From positions 391,390 to 415,389 of the forward strand of contig NZ_JQED01000005.1 of assembly GCF_000764225.1 (NCBI RefSeq): a stretch of DNA of 24,000 nt, in the 5' to 3' direction. The stretch comes from Colwellia psychrerythraea (GTDB lineage: Bacteria > Pseudomonadota > Gammaproteobacteria > Enterobacterales > Alteromonadaceae). The notes under the pieces are model-generated. The model saw only the letters and a program-made list of their open reading frames with translations, made no database searches and was not told where the DNA came from. Position numbers and translations under genes: made by a program. Positions 8,422 through 17,400 of this stretch are shown piece after piece. Within the stretch, counting starts at the first letter, position 1. Each line of letters begins with the position of its first letter.

Positions 8422-9210
8422 GTGATACCTAGCAATCCGTCAGAACTAAAAGGTTTACACCTTTTTTGTAATCCATACTCAAATTGTGCTGGCAGAGTTA
8501 TGTTAGCTATTGCTGAAAAAGGAATTGAGGCTCGAATACATCAAGTTGATTTACTTAAAGGTGAACAGTTAAGTCTGAAATATCGAGCAATAAACCTAAC
8601 ATGTGATTTACCAGCTATTGTTCATGATGGAAAACCGCTGGGAGATAGTGTGACTATCTTGAAGTATTTAGAAAAGGCATTTCCAGAAAGGTCGTTAACT
8701 CCTGTTGAGCCTTTACAAGAGCAAGAGATGAATGAGTTTTTAGAATTAGCCTCTAAATCGCACATGGAATATATAGTTCCTTGGTTATATGCAAAAGGTT
8801 TTGGTCGCCTCCCGACACCAGAACAGAAGGAGTTTTATGACAAATATGTACCGCATCGTTCCAAATTTCATAACAAGCGAATATTAGGGCAAACCGCAAA
8901 AGACCTCAGAATTTATGAAGCGATGATGCATAAAGATTTTGCCATGTTTGAGAAAAAACTATCGAAATATAATTACCTCATTGGTGACTCAGTTTCATTA
9001 GCTGATATGGCATGGTTCCCAAATGTATATTTATTAGTAAGAGTTTTTGCAATGCCTCTTAGTAACTACCCGCATATATCTCGCTGGCTCAAGGAAATGG
9101 AACAAAGAAAAACCTTTATTAATGGTGTAAAATCCTACATGAAGCCGATACCTTTTTGGTTACTAAGAAGAGTAATGAAAATAATTAGGTTAACAGGAAA
9201 TCGAAAGTAG
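8422..9210 (+). CDS. Glutathione S-transferase family protein
   Basis: 262 aa. GST N-domain LHLFCNPYSNCAGRVMLAIAEKGIEARIHQVDLLKGEQLSLKYRAIN...LPAIVHDGKPLGDSVTILKYLEKAFPE. C-domain (SLADMAWFPNVY...YPHISRWLKEM). GTG start with CAGGAG 8 nt upstream. Confidence 0.8.
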   Translation: MIPSNPSELKGLHLFCNPYSNCAGRVMLAIAEKGIEARIHQVDLLKGEQLSLKYRAINLTCDLPAIVHDGKPLGDSVTILKYLEKAFPERSLTPVEPLQEQEMNEFLELASKSHMEYIVPWLYAKGFGRLPTPEQKEFYDKYVPHRSKFHNKRILGQTAKDLRIYEAMMHKDFAMFEKKLSKYNYLIGDSVSLADMAWFPNVYLLVRVFAMPLSNYPHISRWLKEMEQRKTFINGVKSYMKPIPFWLLRRVMKIIRLTGNRK

Positions 9211-9364
9211 CAGCACCCAAGTCAATCTGAGGTTTTGTGTACTTGCACCGAGGACTGCTTAGGTGGCTAAGCGGACTATTTGTTGTGATAAATTCACGCT
9301 TTAATTAGGTCGGCTTTGTGCAATAGTGGGCGTTACAACATTAACATTTTGAAAGGAATTCTAA

Positions 9365-10273
9365 TTGAACTACTCCGACACTATGAACCAAGGAAAAAGG
9401 CTTTCTACTGAAGAGTACATCAATAGTCTTGATTGCGATGGTACGAAGAGAGTCTTTTCTGAGTGGTTTTCATCGATTCCAAAAATGGTAAGAAATATCA
9501 ATAAAATGTATAATAAAAACATGGATATACCTAATGTTTTTATAAAAATAGAAGACACTCCAAATGCGTCGACTTTATTTGGTAGTATTACAATTACTAC
9601 CGCTATGATGGATTTTATTAAAAAAATAGAATCTACGAACCTTTCGTTATTGTTTCCTAGTACCACACTGCCGGATGCTTTCTGTGATCGGATTATAATT
9701 GACTCTAGCTTCTATTGGTTTATGTATCATGAACTATTTCACTTAGCATTTGAGCACGCAGAGTTAATAGATAAACAGGACGACCGAAGACTTGCGAGTC
9801 TCGCATGCGAATATGATGCAGATTTATGTTCGATTGCGATGGTATACAGACAGTTAGAGGCTGGGGTTGGTAAAATTCTCAATTTAAACAAACCTCAACT
9901 TTGTCAAGTCGTCATGTATGGCGTTTATTGGTTTATCAGGACAATTCAAGACTTAGGAAAAGAGACAGATCACCCATCAATCGAAAGAAGACTATGTTTT
10001 TTGATAGATAAAATTGCAAGACTTAATATTTCGGGCACCGAAGCTGACTATTCTCTTGTTGAAGAAGATAGTAGAAAAGCTATAAATGACATGGTTGTGT
10101 TGATTCGAGCTATTGAAGAAAAGGTTGTTAGCCCTGGGTTGATTTCAAAGGCTAAAGGTGACGCATTAGAAGCAATTTTAAAGGTTACAATAGAGCAAAG
10201 GAAAGGTTGTGAAACTACTAAAGAATGGTTACGTCTTTTTTCAGACTCAGAAACTAAATACAGGAAGAAATAA
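9365..10273 (+). CDS. Hypothetical protein with an HExxH zinc-metallopeptidase-type motif (possibly ImmA/IrrE-like)
   Basis: 302 aa. Motif YHELFHLAFEH, then 17 aa, then EYDADLCS. This is the spacing H-E-x-x-H-x4-H ... E-x2-A-[DN]-x-[LF]-[AC] that I associate with COG2856/M78 peptidases. TTG start with AAGGA 7 nt upstream (alternative ATG at 9383). The gene is much more AT-rich than its neighbours. Confidence 0.6.
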   Translation: MNYSDTMNQGKRLSTEEYINSLDCDGTKRVFSEWFSSIPKMVRNINKMYNKNMDIPNVFIKIEDTPNASTLFGSITITTAMMDFIKKIESTNLSLLFPSTTLPDAFCDRIIIDSSFYWFMYHELFHLAFEHAELIDKQDDRRLASLACEYDADLCSIAMVYRQLEAGVGKILNLNKPQLCQVVMYGVYWFIRTIQDLGKETDHPSIERRLCFLIDKIARLNISGTEADYSLVEEDSRKAINDMVVLIRAIEEKVVSPGLISKAKGDALEAILKVTIEQRKGCETTKEWLRLFSDSETKYRKK

Positions 10274-10800
10274 CAGTAATATTGAAATTATTAGGATCAA
10301 TATTGTCAGGTTCGTTGAAAATGGATTTATCGAGCGACAGCTACCGATCGACTACCTTCCTAAATGAGGTTAAACGAATACATTTCAGTTTTAGGTCAAT
10401 TTAAATGATGAGATAGTATTATAAACTTTCCAATGAAAGACTATATTGGTAGCAAACCGGACTCTTTAGTGTAATAAATACATGTCATGATTTGTCTGCT
10501 GTGTGGCATTAGTGATCATACTGGAAGCAAAACTAAACGATTAGTGGCGGTCACAAAACGTAGTAAATATATTAAATTTTCACATTGTGTGACGCGAGTC
10601 ATCATTTAAAACAAAGCTTCACCAATGGTTAGTATTTTAAGTCCACAAACACAATTCGACATTGGAATTATATTTAATAAACCTGGTATTATTGTTATCT
10701 TCTTTTCAATGGTGCTAGAATTAAAAGAAATCTTATTACCTAATTATTAAGTAGTTAATACCTAGGTAATTGTAACTCACTCATAATCTAAGTGTTGCTT

Positions 10801-11238
10801 ATGACTACTTTCATCAATAAAACAGTAATGGTTGTTTTGCTTTGTTTGATCTTTATCGGTCAATCAATGGCATCAAAGACTATGTTTTATAGCATGACAG
10901 CGATGCAGCAAAGTGAGCAAATGATGACTGAAATGTCATCGATGAAAGGTTCAAATCATCACAACACACAGAGAAAAAACACTGCCCACGACATGAATGC
11001 CATGCCTGATTGTGACGAAGAAATGATGACAGAAAAAACTTGTGCTTCTATGTCTTCTGACAGTTGTTGTGAACAAGAGTGTGATTGTTTAACAGGCGGA
11101 TGTTCAACCGTTTCAGCATTTTCAATGACTATCAATTACACCCCAGTCTTTGCCACGCCGAGTAAAATAAAGTCACTCAATACCCTTACTACAAACCGAA
11201 CACTGACCTCCCTTTATAGACCACCTATTCTGAGCTAA
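10801..11238 (+). CDS. Small secreted Met/His/Cys-rich protein upstream of the RND operon (candidate periplasmic metal-binding or CzcI-position accessory protein)
   Basis: Signal peptide MTTFINKTVMVVLLCLIFIGQSMA. Met/His-rich stretch (MTAMQQSEQMMTEMSSMKGSNHHN...HDMNAM). Seven Cys in 38 residues (CDEEMMTEKTCASMSSDSCCEQECDCLTGGC). It sits directly upstream of the outer-membrane factor gene. No clear SD; the start could be GTG 10792 or ATG 10801. Confidence 0.6.
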   Translation: MTTFINKTVMVVLLCLIFIGQSMASKTMFYSMTAMQQSEQMMTEMSSMKGSNHHNTQRKNTAHDMNAMPDCDEEMMTEKTCASMSSDSCCEQECDCLTGGCSTVSAFSMTINYTPVFATPSKIKSLNTLTTNRTLTSLYRPPILS

Positions 11239-11277
11239 TCACAGTCTCATTGCGTCTAAATTTTGCCGTTTTAATTT

Positions 11278-11308
11278 TATCGCTGATAGCTAACAGAGTA
11301 TCGCTGAT
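11278..11308 (+). promoter_or_regulatory. 10-bp direct repeat TATCGCTGAT x2 (21 bp centre to centre) in the gap before cusC
   Basis: TATCGCTGAT at 11278-11287 and at 11299-11308, 51 nt upstream of the cusC ATG. A function as a regulator site is only a guess. Confidence 0.25.
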
Positions 11309-11358
11309 GCAAAAAACCGTCTCGTCATTACCGTAAAGTATTCCCTCAGGAGGGAGTC

Positions 11359-12822
11359 ATGTTTTTATTTTCTTTTCCCGTTCAAGCGCGCGCAACTGTC
11401 GCCATCATCACATTAAGTGTGTTATGTGTTGCTAGCCCTACTCTTCAGGCTGCTGATAATCAAAAGGTTTGGTCATTTAATAGCACAGTAACAACCGCAC
11501 AAAAAAACGACCCTTGGCTCACGGGTAATAAACACCAGCAACAAGCCGTTGAGGCATTGAGCAATGCCGCTTCAAGCTTACCTGACCCTAAAATGTCAGT
11601 CGCATTTGCAAACCTGCCTACTGATGGGTTTGATTTTGCCCAAGAGGGAATGACACAGCTAAAAGTGGGTATTACCCAAATGTTTCCTCGCGGTGATAGC
11701 CTGACCATAAAAAATCAACAATTACGTATTCAAAGCGAAGCCTATCCGTTTCAACGAAGCGATAGAGAAGCCAAAGTTGCGGTTACCGTTGGCAGCTTAT
11801 GGCTGGATGCCTATTATGTTCAGCAAAGCATAATCCTTATTGAACAAAATCGATCGCTGTTCGAGCAATTAGCTGATGTCGCTCAAGCCAGTTATTCTTC
11901 AACCTTAGGTAAAACACGCCAGCAAGATATTGTGCGTGCCCAACTTGAATTAACACAGCTCGATGATCGGCTCGACATATTAGCGCAACAGCAAAATGCT
12001 TACGTAGGCATGTTGTCGCAATGGCTATCAACCGCATTTCTTAATGATCCTACGCAAGTAGGTATCGCTGAGTTCGGTCAACTACAACATATGACATTAG
12101 CTAAGCAATTACCCCAGTTAGATTTACTACATGCAGGTTTAAGACACGCGAGTACTGGTCTGAGCAATACTGATATGAGTAATAATACTTGGTTATCCGT
12201 AGAAGAGCTCACCGAACAATTCGTTAAGCACCCTGCAGTCATTGCACTAGATAAAAAGATACTCGCGACAAAAACAGGCATAAATTTAGCAGAACAAGCC
12301 TACCAGCCTGAGTGGGGCATCAACGCAAGTTATGGCTATCGAGATGATGATCCCTTAGGCAATAGTAGAGCTGATTTATTCTCTGTCGGCGTGACTTTTG
12401 ATCTGCCGCTATTTACTGATAATCGTCAAGATATGACAGTAAAATCAGCTGTGTCAGCAACAGAAGCGGTAAAAACCGAAAAAATATTATTACTGCGTCA
12501 GTTACTCGGAGCATTTTCGAGTGCACAAGGGCGTTTATCACGATTAAACAATCGTAAAATACTCTACCAAACAAGACTGTTGCCACAAATTCACGATCAA
12601 GCAGAAGCTTCATTAACAGCATATACCAACGATGATGGCGATTTTTCAGAAGTCGTACGATCACGCATCGCCGAACTTAATGCTGAAATAGAACAACTAA
12701 AAATTGCGGTTGAACAGCAAAAAATAATTTTAGAACTGAATTACCTTTTTGTCGGTAGTTTGGCTATGAACAAAACGTCGAACAATCCGCAGCAAACTTT
12801 TGCTCAGCGTGAGGAAAAATAA
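11359..12822 (+). CDS. cusC: Outer-membrane efflux factor (TolC/CusC family) of the HME-RND system
   Basis: 487 aa with a signal peptide (cleavage after LQA). It shows the two-repeat OMF pattern with long coiled segments (QASYSSTLGKTRQQDIVRAQLELTQLDDRL...; AEASLTAYTNDDGDFSEVVRSRIAELNAEIEQLK). Strong SD GGAGGGAG. The stop overlaps the cusB start (TAATG). No canonical lipobox, unlike E. coli CusC. Confidence 0.85.
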   Translation: MFLFSFPVQARATVAIITLSVLCVASPTLQAADNQKVWSFNSTVTTAQKNDPWLTGNKHQQQAVEALSNAASSLPDPKMSVAFANLPTDGFDFAQEGMTQLKVGITQMFPRGDSLTIKNQQLRIQSEAYPFQRSDREAKVAVTVGSLWLDAYYVQQSIILIEQNRSLFEQLADVAQASYSSTLGKTRQQDIVRAQLELTQLDDRLDILAQQQNAYVGMLSQWLSTAFLNDPTQVGIAEFGQLQHMTLAKQLPQLDLLHAGLRHASTGLSNTDMSNNTWLSVEELTEQFVKHPAVIALDKKILATKTGINLAEQAYQPEWGINASYGYRDDDPLGNSRADLFSVGVTFDLPLFTDNRQDMTVKSAVSATEAVKTEKILLLRQLLGAFSSAQGRLSRLNNRKILYQTRLLPQIHDQAEASLTAYTNDDGDFSEVVRSRIAELNAEIEQLKIAVEQQKIILELNYLFVGSLAMNKTSNNPQQTFAQREEK

Positions 12823-14414
12823 TGACTATCAACCAACATACCAACGACTCAGTAGAACGCCCTGTAGTAAAAGTCAGACACATTACGTTAACAGGCATAA
12901 TTTTAGGCTTAGTTTTTGGAGTACTAATTACCTTAGCTTTAACAAACTTTTTCCCCACTACAACAAGTGTTAGTGATAACAAAACCAAAGAAAATAAACC
13001 TTTATATTGGGTTGCTCCAATGGATGCAAACTATAGACGTGACCAACCGGGTTTATCTCCCATGGGCATGGATTTGATCCCTTATTATGGTAGTCAAAAC
13101 AATACGATTGATGAAGGTGCCGGCACCATCAAAATTTCACCTAGTGTTATTAATAACTTAGGTGTACGTACTACCACAGCGACTTATAGCCCACTAAAGA
13201 CCACGATAGAAACAGTGGGTTATGTCACTTATGATGAGGATAAATTAGTACATATTCACCCTCGTATCGCCGGCTGGGTTGAAAAGCTCTATATCAATGC
13301 TATTGGTGATCCAGTGACTAAGGGTCAAGCACTTTATGACATCTATTCACCTGAATTAGTCAATGCACAAGAAGAATTACTACTGGCATTAGATCGAAAA
13401 AATAAACGTTTAATAACCGCCGCAGAGAATCGTCTTATCGCCTTACAAATTCCTCAAAAGACTATTAAGGCGTTAAAAAAAGATAAAAAAGTTCAACTGA
13501 ACGTTACTTTTTACGCGCCACAAAATGGTGTCGTAGAAAGTTTGTTTATCAGGGAAGGTTTCTATGTAAAGCCAGAAACCATGATGTTATCTATCGTCGA
13601 TTTAACGCAAGTCTGGGTGAAAGCAGAAGTATTTGAGCGCGATGTATTTAAAGTCGCTATCGGTGATAGTGCCAGTATGCGTTTGGATTATTTACCGTCT
13701 AAACAATGGCAGGGTAAAGTTGAACACGTACATCCAATGTTAAACCCAAATACCAGAACAGGTATTGTTAGACTGCATTTTAATAACCCGAACGGTGATT
13801 TAAGACCGAATATGTTCGCGCAAATTTCAATTGCCATCAATGACAACGAATCCGCTTTGCAAGTGCCAAGAGAAGCCGTTATTCGTACAGGTAATCAAGA
13901 CAGAGTGGTTTTAGCACTAGGTGAGGGTTATTTTAAATCGGTCGCTGTGAAAATTGGCCGTTTTGACCGTGATAATATCGAAATTATTGCAGGCCTTTCT
14001 GCAGGAGAAAAGGTGGTCAGCTCTGCTCAATTTCTACTTGATTCTGAGTCCAGTAAAACTTCAGACTTTAAACGTATGCATATTGAGGAATTTCAATCTG
14101 ATGAGGCTACTGACGAAAGTAATAGTGCTGTGTCTTCGGCAACGGTCCATGGCACAGTCACTTCGGTGATGACCGATCACCGCATGGTGACTATCGATCG
14201 TGAAGCGATTGAAAAATGGAACCGAGCGCCTGCCAGTGTAGATTTCATGGTAAGTGACTCCGTGGATATGACTCTTTTTACGCTTGATGCTTATTTAATG
14301 TTTACCTTCGAAATTAGCGATGGCGAATTCATTATTGTTAGTGCTATGACCATGGAAAAAGGCATGTCTCATGACATGACTAAGGCAACTATGACTAAAG
14401 GAGATACACAATGA
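12822..14414 (+). CDS. cusB: RND periplasmic adaptor (membrane fusion protein), CusB-like, with a fused C-terminal CusF-like domain and a Met/His-rich tail
   Basis: 530 aa. The N-terminal metal site resembles E. coli CusB M49/M64/M66 (YWVAPMDANYRRDQPGLSPMGMDLIPYY). MFP core (VHIHPRIAGWVEKLYINAIGDPVTKGQALYDIYSPELVNAQEE). The C-terminal OB-like segment HGTVTSV...VTIDREAIEKWNRAPASVDFMV...MFTFEISDGEFIIVS is followed by MTMEKGMSHDMTKATMTKGD. ATGA overlap with cusA. Confidence 0.9.
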   Translation: MTINQHTNDSVERPVVKVRHITLTGIILGLVFGVLITLALTNFFPTTTSVSDNKTKENKPLYWVAPMDANYRRDQPGLSPMGMDLIPYYGSQNNTIDEGAGTIKISPSVINNLGVRTTTATYSPLKTTIETVGYVTYDEDKLVHIHPRIAGWVEKLYINAIGDPVTKGQALYDIYSPELVNAQEELLLALDRKNKRLITAAENRLIALQIPQKTIKALKKDKKVQLNVTFYAPQNGVVESLFIREGFYVKPETMMLSIVDLTQVWVKAEVFERDVFKVAIGDSASMRLDYLPSKQWQGKVEHVHPMLNPNTRTGIVRLHFNNPNGDLRPNMFAQISIAINDNESALQVPREAVIRTGNQDRVVLALGEGYFKSVAVKIGRFDRDNIEIIAGLSAGEKVVSSAQFLLDSESSKTSDFKRMHIEEFQSDEATDESNSAVSSATVHGTVTSVMTDHRMVTIDREAIEKWNRAPASVDFMVSDSVDMTLFTLDAYLMFTFEISDGEFIIVSAMTMEKGMSHDMTKATMTKGDTQ

Positions 14415-17400
14415 TTGCTGCCATTATTCGTTGGTCAGTAGGCAATCGTTTCTTCGTCATATTGGCCACTATGATTTTAGTGGGCGTCGGGTTGTATTCA
14501 GTAAAAAATACGCCTATTGATGCATTGCCTGATTTATCTGATGTGCAAGTTATTATCAAAACGAGTTATCCCGGACAAGCACCGCAAGTGGTTGAAGATC
14601 AGGTAACTTATCCGCTTACTACCGCCATGTTGTCAGTACCTGGCGCGGTAACGGTGCGTGGTTTCTCTTTTTTTGGTGATTCTTATGTCTATATTATTTT
14701 TGAAGAAGACACTGACCTTTATTGGGCTCGTTCACGGGTATTAGAATATTTAAGTCAGGTATCTCCTAATTTACCGAGCGATGCAAAACCGCAATTAGGC
14801 CCTGATGCGACAGGCGTTGGTTGGGTATACCTCTATTCGTTGATCGACAAAACCGGCCAACATGATTTAAGTCAATTACGTAGCTTACAAGATTGGTTCT
14901 TAAAATATGAACTGCAAACAGTCAAAGGTGTTTCAGAGGTAACGGCACTGGGCGGCATGGTCAAACAATACCAAGTACAAGTTGATCCAGACAAGCTGCG
15001 TGCTTTTGGTATTCCACTGTCTCTTATCCAAACGGCCATTAAACAGGGTAACCAAGAGATTGGCGCTTCTGTGGTAGAAATGGCTGAAGCTGAATACATG
15101 GTAAGAGCAACAGGCTATCTTAAAGGCGTAGACGATCTTGAAAATATTCCCTTAGGTGTTAATAAAAACGGCACTCCCTTGTTACTGAAAGACGTTGCAC
15201 AAATAGGTACGGGGCCACAAATGCGCCGAGGTATTGCAGAGCTAAATGGTGAAGGTGAAACCGTCGGTGGTATTGTGGTGATGCGCTTTGGTGAGAATGC
15301 TCAGCAGGTCATTAATGGCGTAAAAGCTAAACTAGAGCAATTGAAAAAAGGCTTACCTGAAGGGGTAGAAATTGTTCCCGTTTATGACAGATCAGCATTA
15401 ATTGAACGTGCAGTAAGTAACTTGGCGATGAAACTGTTAGAGGAGTTTGGTGTTGTCGCATTAGTGTGCGTTATTTTCCTCTTTCATTTACGCTCTTCTT
15501 TAGTGGTGATCATTAGTATTCCTGTTGGTATTTTAACAGCTTTTATCGTGATGCATGCGCAAGGTTTAAATGCCAACATCATGTCTCTTGGCGGTATCGC
15601 CATTGCCATTGGCGCTATGGTTGACGGTGCGATTGTGATGATTGAAAATATGCACAAGCACATGGAGCATTTACCCCAAGATCAACCTTTATCAAATGAA
15701 AAACGTTGGCAAATTGTCATTGATTCCGCCAGCGAGGTAGGTCCGGCATTATTCTTTAGCTTGCTCATAATCACAGTCAGCTTTGTGCCGGTATTTACCC
15801 TTGAGGCACAAGAAGGTCGGATGTTTTCCCCTCTCGCTTTTACTAAAACCTATGCAATGGCCGCCGCTGCTGCGCTAGCGATCACCTTGGTACCGGTATT
15901 AATGGGATATTTTATTCGTGGAAAAGTATTGGCTGAACATAAAAATCCGGTAAATAAATTCTTAACAGCACTATATATGCCGGCACTGAAGACAGTACTA
16001 CGCTTCCCTAAAGTTACCCTATCAGCCGCTGTCATTGTGCTTATTATTGGCATATATCCATTAGATAAAATCGGTAGTGAATTTATTCCACCGCTCGATG
16101 AAGGTGATTTAATGTATATGCCAACCACCTATCCAGGAATATCTATCGGCCAAGCAAGGCAGTTATTACAACAAACCGACAAACTGATTAAAACCGTACC
16201 TGAAGTTAAGACCGTGTTTGGTAAAATGGGACGCGCAGAAACGGCAACTGATCCAGCACCGTTAACCATGATAGAAACCTTTATTCAATTTAAGCCAAAA
16301 AGTGAATGGCGCGAAGGTATGACTATCGCTCATTTGAAAAAAGAATTAGATACATTAGTAAAACTGCCCGGTGTCACTAATGCTTGGGTTATGCCAATAA
16401 AAACCCGCATAGATATGTTAGCTACTGGGATTAAAACACCGGTAGGCATTAAAATATCTGGGCCAAAACTTGATAAAATTCAAGAGATTGGTCAACAACT
16501 TGAAAGTATTTTGGCCGACATACCAAGTACTGCTTCGGTTTATTCTGAGCGTGTTGCAGGTGGTCGCTATATCAAGGTTGATATTCAACGTGGTAAAGCG
16601 GCACGCTATGGTTTAAATATTAGCGACATTCAACAAGTGGTTGCCACCGCGATTGGTGGTATGAATGTGACCAATACCGTAGAAGGGTTAGAGCGTTATC
16701 CGGTTAGTTTACGTTATCCTCAAGACTACCGAGACTCACCAGAGCAACTTTCTCAACTCCCCATAGTGACACCCAATGGCCAGCGAATTTCGTTAGGTGA
16801 TGTCGCCCATGTATTTATTGAAGAAGGGCCGCCAGGCATCAAATCAGAGAATGCTAGGTTAACTGGCTGGGCTTTCATTGACTTGGCAGATACCAAAGGC
16901 GTTGATGTGGGTAGTTACGTGGCCCACGCACAAGCTGTGCTCGATAAGGAATTAAAACTACCTACAGGTTATTCAATTACGTGGGCTGGTCAATATGAGT
17001 ACATGCAAAGAGCAAAAGCCAAACTGACGTATGTCGTACCGTTAACATTAGCTATTATCATTGTATTACTGTATTTAAATTTCCGAAATGTGATTGAAGT
17101 TGCGATGATTTTAGGTACGTTGCCGCTTGCCTTGGTGGGTAGTATCTGGTTAATGTACTTGCAAGGTTTCAACTTCTCTGTTGCAGTAGGTGTCGGTTTT
17201 ATTGCGCTTGCGGGTGTTGCGGTGGAAATTGGTGTTATTATGCTAGTTTATTTGAATCAAGCATATAATGCCTTAATAGCCGAGAATGCTACATTGGGGA
17301 AAATAACGACTAAGGCTGAGCTGTTCCAAGTTGTGCTACATGGCGCTGGTTTACGAGTAAGACCTATTATGATGACCGGAGGAACAGTGATCGTAGGCTT

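Noticed and set aside
10487-10750. Two mini-ORFs in the long non-coding gap: a 40-aa CxxC...HC peptide (10487-10609) and a 41-aa hydrophobic peptide (10625-10750).
   Set aside because: Neither has a Shine-Dalgarno sequence, and neither is recognisable. They are mentioned as things to test rather than called as genes.
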